64,000 nt of DNA from Eledone cirrhosa. Taxonomy: Eukaryota. Positions 26,400 through 39,400 of the stretch are shown here, piece by piece. Within the stretch, counting starts at the first letter, position 1. The number at the start of each line of letters is the position of its first letter. The notes beneath the pieces are model-generated. The model saw nothing but the letters and a program-made list of their open reading frames with translations, had not been told where the DNA came from and searched no databases. A program made the translations under genes and the position numbers. Where the stretch lies: NCBI GenBank assembly GCA_964016885.1, contig CAXHJY010000096.1, forward strand, positions 186,001 through 250,000, in the 5' to 3' direction.

Positions 26400-29300
26400 T
26401 CCAAGGGGAGATAATTTTCAGCCGTCCAAGGAGAGGTAATTTCTAGCCGTCCGAGGAGAGAAAATTTCCAGCCGTCCAAGGGGAGATAATTTCCAGCCGT
26501 CCAAGGGGAGATAATTTCCAGCCGTCCAAGGAGACATATTTTCCAGCCGTCCAAGGAGAGGTAATTTCTAGCCGTCCAAGGGGAGATAAATTCCAGCCTC
26601 CAAGGGGAGATAATTTCCAGCCAGCCAAGGGGAGATAATTTGTAAAAAAATCAGGGGGAGATAATTTGCAAAAAAAATCAGGGGGAGATAATTTGTAAAA
26701 AAAAATCAGGGGGAGATAATTTGTAAAAAATAATCATGGGGAGATAATTTCCAGCCGTCCAAGGGGAGATAATTTTCAGCCGTCCAAGGGGAGATAATTT
26801 CCCGCCAGCCAAGGGAAGATAATATTTAAAAAAATTAGGCGGAGATAATTTGTAAAAAAATCAGGGGGAGATAATTTGTAAAAAAAATCAGGGGGAGATA
26901 ATTTGTAAAAAAATATCAGGGGTAGATAATTTGTAAAAAAAATCAGGGGGAGATAATTTGTAAAAAAATATCAGGGGGAGATAATTTGTAAAAAAAATCA
27001 AGGGGAGATAATTTCCAGCCGTCCAAGGAGAGATAATTTAAAAAAAAAATCAGGCGAAGATAATTTGTAAAAAAAAATCAGGGGGAGATAATTTGTAAAA
27101 AAAAATCAGGGGGAGATAATTTGTAAAAAAAAATCAAGGGGAGATAATTTCCAGTCGTCCAAGGGGAGATAATTTTCAGCCGTCCAAGGGGAGATAATTT
27201 CCCGCCAGCCAAGGGAAGATAATATTTAAAAAAATCAGGCGGAGATAATTTGGAAAAAAATCAGGGGGAGATAATTTGTAAAAAAAAAATCAGGGGGAGA
27301 TAATTTGTAAAAAAAATCAGGGGGAGATAATTTGTAAGAAAAAATCAGGGGTAGATAATTTGTAAAAAAAAATCAGGGGCAGATAATTTGTAAAAAAAAA
27401 TCAGGGGGAGATAATTTGTAAAAAAAATGAAAGGGGAGATAATATCCAGCCGTCCAAGGGGAGATAATTTCCAGCCGTCCAAGGGGAGATAATTTCCAGC
27501 CGTCCAAGGGGAGATAATTTCCATCCTTCCAAGGGGATATAATTTCCAGCCGTTCAAGGGGAGATAATTTCCCGCCAGCCAAGGGAAGATAATTTTTAAA
27601 AAAATCAGGCGGAGATTGTAAAAAAAATCAGGGGGGAGATAATTTGTAAAAAAATCAGGGGGAGATAATTTGTAAAAAAAATCAGGGGGAGATAATTTGT
27701 AAAAAAAATCAGGGGGAGATAATTTGTAAAAAAAAATCAGGGGTAGATAATTTGTAAAAAAAAATCAGGGGGAGATAATTTGTAAAAAAAAATCAGGGGG
27801 AGATAATTTGTAAAAAAAATCAAGGGGAGATAATTTCCAGCCGTCCAAGGAGAGATAATTTTAAAAAAAATCAGGCGGAGATAATTTGTAAAAAAAAATC
27901 AGGGGGAGATAATTTGTAAAAAAAAATCAGGGGGAGATAATTTGTAAAAAAAATCAAGGGGAGATAATTTCCAGCCGTCCAAGGGGAGATAATTTTCAGC
28001 CGTCCAAGGGGAGATAATTTCCCGCCAGGCAAGGGAAGATAATATTTAAAAAAATCAGGCGGAGATAATTTATAAAAAAAATCAGGGGGAGATAATTTGT
28101 AAAAAAATCAGGGGGAGATAATTTGTAAAAAAAAAATCAGGGGGAGATAATTTGTAAAAAAAATCAGGGGGAGATAATTTGTAAAAAAAAATCAGGGGTA
28201 GATAATTTGTAAAAAAAAATCAGGGGGAGATAATTTGTAAAAAAAAATCAGGGGGAGATAATTTGTAAAAAAAATGAAAGGGGAGATAATATCCAGCCGT
28301 CCAAGGGGAGATAATTTCCAGCCGTCCAAGGGGAGATAATTTCCAGCCGTCCAAGGGGAGATAATTTCCATCCTTCCAAGGGGATATAATTTCCAGCCGT
28401 CCAAGGGGAGATAATTTCCATCCTTCCAAGGGGATATAATTTCCAGCCGTCCAAGGGGAGATAATTTTCAGCCGTCCAAGGAGAGGTAATTTCTAGCCGT
28501 CCGAGGAGAGAAAATTTCCAGCCGTCCAAGGGGAGATAATTTCCAGCCGTCCAAGGGGAGATAATTTCCAGCCGTCCAAGGAGACATATTTTCCAGCCGT
28601 CCAAGGAGAGGTAATTTCTAGCCGTCCAAGGGGAGATAAATTCCAGCCTCCAAGGGGAGATAATTTCCAGCCAGCCAAGGGGAGATAATTTGTAAAAAAA
28701 TCAGGGGGAGATAATTTGCAAAAAAAATCAGGGGGAGATAATTTGTAAAAAAAAATCAGGGGGAGATAATTTGTAAAAAATAATCATGGGGAGATAATTT
28801 CCAGCCGTCCAAGGGGAGATAATTTTCAGCCGTCCAAGGGGAGATAATTTCCCGCCAGCCAAGGGAAGATAATATTTAAAAAAATTAGGCGGAGATAATT
28901 TGTAAAAAAATCAGGGGGAGATAATTTGTAAAAAAAATCAGGGGGAGATAATTTGTAAAAAAATATCAGGGGTAGATAATTTGTAAAAAAAATCAGGGGG
29001 AGATAATTTGTAAAAAAAAATCAGGGGGAGATAATTTGTAAAAAAAATCAAGGGGAGATAATTTCCAGCCGTCCAAGGAGAGATAATTTAAAAAAAAAAT
29101 CAGGCGGAGATAATTTGTAAAAAAAAATCAGGGGGAGATAATTTGTAAAAAAAAATCAGGGGGAGATAATTTGTAAAAAAAAATCAAGGGGAGATAATTT
29201 CCAGTCGTCCAAGGGGAGATAATTTTCAGCCGTCCAAGGGGAGATAATTTCCCGCCAGCCAAGGGAAGATAATATTTAAAAAAATCAGGCGGAGATAATT

Positions 29301-32300
29301 TGGAAAAAAATCAGGGGGAGATAATTTGTAAAAAAAAAATCAGGGGGAGATAATTTGTAAAAAAAATCAGGGGGAGATAATTTGTAAGAAAAAATCAGGG
29401 GTAGATAATTTGTAAAAAAAAATCAGGGGCAGATAATTTGTAAAAAAAAATCAGGGGGAGATAATTTGTAAAAAAAATGAAAGGGGAGATAATATCCAGC
29501 CGTCCAAGGGGAGATAATTTCCAGCCGTCCAAGGGGAGATAATTTCCAGCCGTCCAAGGGGAGATAATTTCCATCCTTCCAAGGGGATATAATTTCCAGC
29601 CGTTCAAGGGGAGATAATTTCCCGCCAGCCAAGGGAAGATAATTTTTAAAAAAATCAGGCGGAGATTGTAAAAAAAATCAGGGGGGAGATAATTTGTAAA
29701 AAAATCAGGGGGAGATAATTTGTAAAAAAAAATCAGGGGGAGATAATTTGTAAAAAATAATCAGGGGGAGATAATTTGTAAAAAAAAATCAAGGGGAGAT
29801 AATTTCCAGCCGTCCAAGGGGAGATAATATCCCGCCAGCCAAGGGAAGATAATATTTTAAAAAATTAGGCGGAGATAATTTGTAAAAAAATCAGGGGGAG
29901 ATAATTTGTAAAAAAATCAGGGGGAGATAATTTGTAAAAAAAATCAGGGGGAGATAATTTGTAAAAAAAATCATGGGGAGATAATTTGTAAAAAAAAATC
30001 AGGGGTAGATAATTTGTAAAAAAAATCAAGGGGAGATAATTTCCAGCCGTCCAAGGAGAGATAATTTTAAAAAAAATCAGGCGGAGATAATTTGTGAAAA
30101 AAAATCAGGGGGAGATAATTTGTAAAAAATAATCAGGGGGAGATAATTTCCATTCGTCCAAGGGGAGATAATTTTCAGCCGTCCAAGGGGAGATAATTTC
30201 CCGCCAGCCAAGGGAAGATAATATTTAAAAAAATTAGGCGGAGATAATTTGTAAAAAAAATCAGGGGGAGATAATTTGTAAAAAAAATCAGGGGGAGATA
30301 ATTTGTAAAAAAAAATCAGGGGTAGATAATTTGTAAAAAAAAATCAGGGGGAGATAATTTGTAAAAAAAAATCAGGGGGAGATAATTTGTAAAAAAAATC
30401 AAGGGGAGATAATTTCCAGCCGTCCAAGGAGAGATAATTTTAAAAAAAATCAGGCGGAGAGAATTTGTAAAAAAAAATCAGGGGGAGATAATTTGTAAAA
30501 AAAAATCAGGGGGAGATAATTTGTAAAAAAAATCAAGGGGAGATAATTTCCAGCCGTCCAAGGGGAGATAATTTTCAGCCGTCCAAGGGGAGATAATTTC
30601 CCGCCAGCCAAGGGAAGATAATATTTAAAAAAATCAGGCGGAGATAATTTATAAAAAAAATCAGGGGGAGATAATTTGTAAAAAAATCAGGGGGAGATAA
30701 TTTGTAAAAAAAAAATCAGGGGGAGATAATTTGTAAAAAAAATCAGGGGGAGATAATTTGTAAAAAAAAATCAGGGGTAGATAATTTGTAAAAAAAAATC
30801 AGGGGGAGATAATTTGTAAAAAAAAATCAGGGGGAGATAATTTGTAAAAAAAATGAAAGGGGAGATAATATCCAGCCGTCCAAGGGGAGATAATTTCCAG
30901 CCGTCCAAGGGGAGATAATTTCCAGCCGTCCAAGGGGAGATAATTTCCATCCTTCCAAGGGGATATAATTTCCAGCCGTCCAAGGGGAGATAATTTCCAT
31001 CCTTCCAAGGGGATATAATTTCCAGCCGTCCAAGGGGAGATAATTTTCAGCCGTCCAAGGAGAGGTAATTTCTAGCCGTCCGAGGAGAGAAAATTTCCAG
31101 CCGTCCAAGGGGAGATAATTTCCAGCCGTCCAAGGGGAGATAATTTGTAAAAAAATCAGGGGGAGATAATTTGCAAAAAAAATCAGGGGGAGATAATTTG
31201 TAAAAAAAAATCAGGGGGAGATAATTTGTAAAAAATAATCATGGGGAGATAATTTCCAGCCGTCCAAGGGGAGATAATTTTCAGCCGTCCAAGGGGAGAT
31301 AATTTCCCGCCAGCCAAGGGAAGATAATATTTAAAAAAATTAGGCGGAGATAATTTGTAAAAAAATCAGGGGGAGATAATTTGTAAAAAAAATCAGGGGG
31401 AGATAATTTGTAAAAAAATATCAGGGGTAGATAATTTGTAAAAAAAATCAGGGGGAGATAATTTGTAAAAAAAAATCAGGGGGAGATAATTTGTAAAAAA
31501 AATCAAGGGGAGATAATTTCCAGCCGTCCAAGGAGAGATAATTTAAAAAAAAAATCAGGCGGAGATAATTTGTAAAAAAAAATCAGGGGGAGATAATTTG
31601 TAAAAAAAAATCAGGGGGAGATAATTTGTAAAAAAAAATCAAGGGGAGATAATTTCCAGTCGTCCAAGGGGAGATAATTTTCAGCCGTCCAAGGGGAGAT
31701 AATTTCCCGCCAGCCAAGGGAAGATAATATTTAAAAAAATCAGGCGGAGATAATTTGGAAAAAAATCAGGGGGAGATAATTTGTAAAAAAAAAATCAGGG
31801 GGAGATAATTTGTAAAAAAAATCAGGTGGAGATAATTTGTAAGAAAAAATCAGGGGTAGATAATTTGTAAAAAAAAATCAGGGGCAGATAATTTGTAAAA
31901 AAAAATCAGGGGGAGATAATTTGTAAAAAAAATGAAAGGGGAGATAATATCCAGCCGTCCAAGGGGAGATAATTTCCAGCCGTCCAAGGGGAGATAATTT
32001 CCAGCCGTCCAAGGGGAGATAATTTCCATCCTTCCAAGGGGATATAATTTCCAGCCGTTCAAGGGGAGATAATTTCCCGCCAGCCAAGGGAAGATAATTT
32101 TTAAAAAAATCAGGCGGAGATTGTAAAAAAAATCAGGGGGGAGATAATTTGTAAAAAAATCAGGGGGAGATAATTTGTAAAAAAAAATCAGGGGGAGATA
32201 ATTTGTAAAAAAAAATCAAGGGGAGATAATTTCCAGCCGTCCAAGGGGAGATAATTTCCCGCCAGCCAAGGGAAGATAATATTTTAAAAAATTAGGCGGA

Positions 32301-33430
32301 GATAATTTGTAAAAAAATCAGGGGGAGATAATTTGTAAAAAAATCAGGGGGAGATAATTTGTAAAAAAAATCATGGGGAGATAATTTGTAAAAAAAAATC
32401 AGGGGTAGATAATTTGTAAAAAAAATCAAGGGGAGATAATTTCCAGCCGTCCAAGGAGAGATAATTTAAAAAAAAATCAGGCGGAGATAATTTGTGAAAA
32501 AAAATCAGGGGGAGATAATTTGTAAAAAATAATCAGGGGGAGATAATTTCCATTCGTCCAAGGGGAGATAATTTTCAGCCGTCCAAGGGGAGATAATTTC
32601 CCGCCAGCCAAGGGAAGATAATATTTAAAAAAATTAGGCGGAGATAATTTGTAAAAAAAATCAGGGGGAGATAATTTGTAAAAAAAATCAGGGGGAGATA
32701 ATTTGTAAAAAAAAATCAGGGGTAGATAATTTGTAAAAAAAAATCAGGGGGAGATAATTTGTAAAAAAAAATCAGGGGGAGATAATTTGTAAAAAAAATC
32801 AAGGGGAGATAATTTCCAGCCGTCCAAGGAGAGATCATTTTAAAAAAAATCAGGCGGAGATAATTTGTAAAAAAAAATCAGGGGGAGATAATTTGTAAAA
32901 AAAAATCAGGGGGAGATAATTTGTAAAAAAAATCAAGGGGAGATAATTTCCAGCCGTCCAAGGGGAGATAATTTTCAGCCGTCCAAGGGGAGATAATTTC
33001 CCGCCAGCCAAGGGAAGATAATATTTAAAAAAATCAGGCGGAGATAATTTATAAAAAAAATCAGGGGGAGATAATTTGTAAAAAAATCAGGGGGAGATAA
33101 TTTGTAAAAAAAAAATCAGGGGGAGATAATTTGTAAAAAAAATCAGGGGGAGATAATTTGTAAAAAAAAATCAGGGGTAGATAATTTGTAAAAAAAAATC
33201 AGGGGGAGATAATTTGTAAAAAAAAATCAGGGGGAGATAATTTGTAAAAAAAATGAAAGGGGAGATAATATCCAGCCGTCCAAGGGGAGATAATTTCCAG
33301 CCGTCCAAGGGGAGATAATTTCCAGCCGTCCAAGGGGAGATAATTTCCATCCTTCCAAGGGGATATAATTTCCAGCCGTCCAAGGGGAGATAATTTCCAT
33401 CCTTCCAAGGGGATATAATTTCCAGCCGTC
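26400..33430 (+). repeat. Three-copy imperfect higher-order repeat (units of about 2050, 2579 and 2400 bp)
   Basis: Marker CCGAGGAGAGAAAATTT at ~26451, 28501 and 31080. TTGGAAAAAAA at ~27250, 29300 and 31755. GTAAGAAAAAA and GGGGCAGAT appear in each unit. ORF offsets of 2050, 2579, 2455 and 2400. Confidence 0.88.
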
Positions 33431-36400
33431 CAAGGGGAGATAATTTTCAGCCGTCCAAGGAGAGGTAATTTCTAGCCGTCCAAGGAGAGATAATTTCCAG
33501 CCGTCCAAGGGGAGATAATTTCCAGCCGTCCAAGGGGAGATAATTTCCAGCCGTCCAAGGAGACATATTTTCCAGCCGTCCAAGGAGAGGTAATTCCTAG
33601 CCGTCCAAGGGGAGATAAATTCCAGCCTCCAAGGGGAGATAATTTCCAGCCAGCCAAGGGGAGATAATTTGTAAAAAAAATCAGGGGGAGATAATTTGTA
33701 AAAAAAATCAGGGGGAGATAATTTGTAAAAAAAAATCAGGGGGAGATAATTTGTAAAAAATAATCAGGGGGAGATAATTTGTAAAAAAAATCAAGGGGAG
33801 ATAATTTCCAGCCGTCCAAGGGGAGATAATTTTCAGCCGTCCAAGGGGAGATAATTTCCCGCCAGCCAAGGGAAGATAATATTTAAAAAAATCAGGCGGA
33901 GATAATTTATAAAAAAAATCAGGGGGAGATAATTTGTAAAAAAATCAGGGGGAGATAATTTGTAAAAAAAAAATCAGGGGGAGATAATTTGTAAAAAAAA
34001 TCAGGGGGAGATAATTTGTAAAAAAAAATCAGGGGTAGATAATTTGTAAAAAAAAATCAGGGGGAGATAATTTGTAAAAAAAATCAGGGGGAGATAATTT
34101 GTAAAAAAAAATCAGGGGTAGATAATTTGTAAAAAAAAATCAGGGGGAGATAATTTGTAAAAAAAATCAAGGGGAGATAATTTCCAGCCGTCCAAGGGAA
34201 GATAATTTCCAGCCCTCCAAGGGGCTATAATTTCCAGCGTCCAAGGGGAGATAATTTCCAGCCAGCGAAGGGGAGATAATTTTTTTTAAAATATCATTGG
34301 GAGATTTGTAAAAAAAATCAGGGGGAGATAATTTGTAAAAAAAATCAAGGGGAGATAATTTCCAGCCGTCCAAGGGGAGGTAATATCTAGCCGTCCAAGG
34401 GGAGATAATTTCCAGCCGTCCAAGGGGAGATAATTTCCAGCCGTCCAAGGGTAGATAATATCCAGCCGTCCAAGGACATATTTTCCAGCCGTCCAAGGAG
34501 AGGTAATTTCTAGCCGTCCAAGGGGAGATAAATTCCAGCCTCCAAGGGGAGATAATTTCCAGCCAGCCAAGGGGAGATAATTTGTAAAAAAATCAGGGGG
34601 AGATAATTTGTAAAAAAAATCAGGGGGAGATAATTTGTAAAAAAAAATCAGGGGGAGATAATTTGTTAAAAAAAATCAGGGGGAGATAATTTGTAAAAAA
34701 AAATCAGGGGGAGATAATTTGTAAAAAAAATCAAGGGGAGATAATTTCCAGCCGTCCAAGGGGAGATAATTTTCAGCCGTCCAAGGGGAGATAATTTCCC
34801 GCCAGCCAAGGGAAGATAATATTTAAAAAAATCAGGCGGAGATAATTTGTAAAAAAAATCAGGGGGAGATAATTTGTAAAAAAAATCAGGGGTAGATAAT
34901 TTGTAAAAAAAATCAGGGGGAGATAATTTGTAAAAAAAATGAAAGGGGAGATAATATCCAGCCGTCCAAGGGGAGATAATTTCCAGCCGTCCAAGGGGAG
35001 ATAATTTCCAGCCGTCCAAGGGGAGATAATTTCCATCCTTCCAAGGGGATATAATTTCCAGCCGTCCAAGGGGAGATAATTTCCCGCCAGCCAAGGGAAG
35101 ATAATTTTTTAAAAAATCAGGCGGAGATTGTAAAAAAATCAGGGGGGAGATAATTTGTAAAAAAATCAGGGGGAGATAATTTGTAAAAAAAAATCAGGGG
35201 GAGATAATTTGTAAAAAATAATCAGGGGGAGATAATTTGTAAAAAAAAATCAAGGGGAGATAATTTCCAGCCGTCCAAGGGGAGATAATTTCCATCCTTC
35301 CAAGGGGATATAATTTCCAGCCGTCCAAGGGGAGATAATTTCCCGCCAGCCAAGGGAAGATGATTTTTAAAAAAATCAGGCGGAGATTATAAAAAAAATC
35401 AGGGGGGGAGATAATTTGTAAAAAAATCAGGGGGAGATAATTTGTAAAAAAAAAATCAGGGGGAGATAATTTGTAAAAAAAAATCAGGGGGAGATAATTT
35501 GTAAAAAAAAATCAGGGGGAGATAATTTGTAAAAAAAATTAGGCGTAGATAATTTGTAAAAAAAAATCAGGGGGAGATAATTTGTAAAAAAAAATCAGGG
35601 GGAGATAATTTGTTTAAAAAATCAAGGGGAGATAATTTGCAGCCGTCCAAGGGGAGATAGTTTTCAGCCGTCCAAGGAGAGGTAATTTCTAGCCGTTCAA
35701 GGGGAGATAATTTCCAGCCGTCCAAGGGGAAATAATTTCCAGCCGTCCAAGGGGAGATAATTTTTTTTAAAAAATCAGGCGGAGATAATTTGTAAAAAAA
35801 ATCAGGGGGAGATAATTCGTAAAAAAAAAACAGGGGGAGATAATTTGTAAAAAAAAATCAGGGGGAGATAATTTGTAAAAAAAATCAAGGGGAGATAATT
35901 TCCAGCCATCCAAGGGGAGGTAATATCTAGCCGTCCAAGGGGAGATAATTTCCAGCCGTCCAAGGGGAGATAATTTTTTTTAAAAAATCAGGCGGAGATA
36001 ATTTGTAAAAAAAATCAGGGGGAGATAATTTGTAAACAAAATCAGGGGGAGATAATTTGTAAAAAAAAATCAGGGGGAGATAATTTGTAAAAAAAATTAG
36101 GCGTAGATAATTTGTAAAAAAAAATCAGGGGGAGATAATTTGTAAAAAAAAATCAGAGGGAGATAATTTGTTTAAAAAATCAAGGGGAGATAATTTGCAG
36201 CCGTCCAAGGGGAGATAATTTTCAGCCGTCCAAGGAGAGGTAATTTCTAGCCGTTCAAGGGGAGATAATTTCCAGCCGTCCAAGGGGAGATAATTTCCAG
36301 CCGTCCAAGGGGAGATAATTTTTTTTTAAAAATCAGGCGGAGATAATTTGTAAAAAAAAATCAGGGGGAGATAATTCGTAAAAAAAAATCAGGGGGAGAT

Positions 36401-39400
36401 AATTTGTAAAAAAAATCAAGGAGAGATAATTTCCAGCCGTCCAAGGGGAGATAATTTCCAGCCGTCCAAGGAGACATATTTTCCAGCCGTCCAAGGCGAG
36501 GTAATTTCTAGCCGTCCAAGGGGAGATAAATTCCAGCCTCCAAGGGGAGATAATTTCCAGCCAGCCAAGTGGAGATAATTTGTAAAAAAATCAGGGGGAG
36601 ATAATTTGTAAAAAATATCAGGGAGATAATTTGTAAAAAAAAATCAGGGGGAGATAATTTGTAAAAAAAATCAGGGGGAGATAATTTGTAAAAAAAAATC
36701 AGGGGGAGATAATTTGTAAAAAAAATCAAGGGGTGATAATTTCCAGCCGTCCAAGGGGAGGTAATATCTAGCCGTCCAAGGGGAGATAATTTCCAGCCGT
36801 CCAAGGGGAGATAATTTCCAGCCGTCCAAGGGTAGATAATATCCAGCCGTCCAAGGACATATTTTCCAGCCGTCCAAGGAGAGGTAATTTCTAGCCGTCC
36901 AAGGGGAGATAAATTCCAGCCTCCAAGGGGAGATAATTTGCAGCCAGCCAAGGGGAGATAATTTGTAAAAAAATTAGGGGGAGATAATTTGTAAAAAAAA
37001 TCAGGGGGAGATAATTTGTAAAAAAAAATCAGGGGGAGATAATTTGTAAAAAAAAATCAGGGGGAGATAATTTGTAAAAAAAATCAGGGGGAGATAATTT
37101 GTAAAAAAAATCAAGGGGAGATAATTTCCAGCCGTCCAAGGGGAGATAATTTTCAGCCGTCCAAGAGGAGATAATTTCCCGCCAGCCAAGGGAAGATAAT
37201 TTTTAAAAAAATCAGGCGGAGATTGTAAAAAAAATCAGGGGGGAGATAATTTGTAAAAAAATCAGGGGGAGATAATTTGTAAAAAAAAATCAGGGGGAGA
37301 TAATTTGTAAAAAAAAATCAGGGGGAGATAATTTGTAAAAAAAAATCAGGGGGAGATAATTTGTAAAAGAAATCAAGGGGAGATAATTTCCAGCCGTCCA
37401 AGGAGAGGTAATTTCTAGCCGTTCAAGGGGAGATAATTTCCAGCCGTCCAAGGGGAGATAATTTTCTGCCGTCCAAGGAGAGGTAATTTCTAGCCGTCCG
37501 AGGAGAGATAATTTCCAGCCGTCCAAGGGGAGATAATTTCCAGCCGTCCAAGGGGAGATAATTTCCAGCCGTCCAAGGAGACATATTTTCCAGCCGTCCA
37601 AGGAGAGGTAATTTCTAGCCGTCCAAGGGGAGATAAATTCCAGCCTCCAAGGGGAGATAATTTCCAGCCAGCCAAGGGGAGATAATTTGTAAAAAAATCA
37701 GGGGGAGATAATTTGCAAAAAAAATCAGGGGGAGATAATTTGTAAAAAAAAATCAGGGGGAGATAATTTGTAAAAAATAATCAGGGGGAGATAATTTCCA
37801 GCCGTCCAAGGGGAGATCATTTTCAGCCGTCCAAGGGGAGATAATTTCCCGCCAGCCAAGGGAAGATAATATTTAAAAAAATTAGGCGGAGATAATTTGT
37901 AAAAAGAATCAGGGGGAGATAATTTGTAAAAAAAATCAGGGGGAGATAATTTGTAAAAAAAAATCAGGGGTAGATAATTTGTAAAAAAAATCAGGGGGAG
38001 ATAATTTGTAAAAAAAATCATGGGGAGATAATTTGTAAAAAAAAATCAGGGGTAGATAATTTGTAAAAAAAATCAAGGGGAGATAATTTCCAGCCGTCCA
38101 AGGAGAGATAATTTAAAAAAAAATCAGGCGGAGATAATTTGTGAAAAAAAATCAGGGGGAGATAATTTGTAAAAAATAATCAGGGGGAGATAATTTCCAT
38201 TCGTCCAAGGGGAGATAATTTTCAGCCGTCCAAGGGGAGATAATTTCCCGCCAGCCAAGGGAAGATAATATTTAAAAAAATTAGGCGGAGATAATTTGTA
38301 AAAAAAATCAGGGGGAGATAATTTGTAAAAAAAATCAGGGGGAGATAATTTGTAAAAAAAAATCAGGGGTAGATAATTTGTAAAAAAAAATCAGGGGGAG
38401 ATAATTTGTAAAAAAAAATCAGGGGGAGATAATTTGTAAAAAAAATCAAGGGGAGATAATTTCCAGCCGTCCAAGGAGAGATCATTTTAAAAAAAATCAG
38501 GGGGAGATAATTTGTAAAAAAAATCAAGGGCAGATAATTTCCAGCCGTCCAAGGGGAGATAATTTTCAGCCGTCCAAGGGGAGATAATTTCCCGCCAGCC
38601 AAGGGAAGATAATATTTAAAAAAATCAGGCGGAGATAATTTATAAAAAAAATCAGGGGGAGATAATTTGTAAAAAAATCAGGGGGAGATAATTTGTAAAA
38701 AAAAAATCAGGGGGAGATAATTTGTAAAAAAAATCAGGGGGAGATAATTTGTAAAAAAAAATCAGGGGTAGATAATTTGTAAAAAAAAATCAGGGGGAGA
38801 TAATTTGTAAAAAAAAATCAGGGGGAGATAATTTGTAAAAAAAATGAAAGGGGAGATAATATCCAGCCGTCCAAGGGGAGATAATTTCCAGCCGTCCAAG
38901 GGGAGATAATTTCCAGCCGTCCAAGGGGAGATAATTTCCATCCTTCCAAGGGGATATAATTTCCAGCCGTCCAAGGGGAGATAATTTCCATCCTTCCAAG
39001 GGGATATAATTTCCAGCCGTCCAAGGGGAGATAATTTTCAGCCGTCCAAGGAGAGGTAATTTCTAGCCGTCCAAGGAGAGATAATTTCCAGCCGTCCAAG
39101 GGGAGATAATTTCCAGCCGTCCAAGGGGAGATAATTTCCAGCCGTCCAAGGAGACATATTTTCCAGCCGTCCAAGGAGAGGTAATTCCTAGCCGTCCAAG
39201 GGGAGATAAATTCCAGCCTCCAAGGGGAGATAATTTCCAGCCAGCCAAGGGGAGATAATTTGTAAAAAAAATCAGGGGGAGATAATTTGTAAAAAAAATC
39301 AGGGGGAGATAATTTGTAAAAAAAAATCAGGGGGAGATAATTTGTAAAAAATAATCAGGGGGAGATAATTTGTAAAAAAAATCAAGGGGAGATAATTTCC

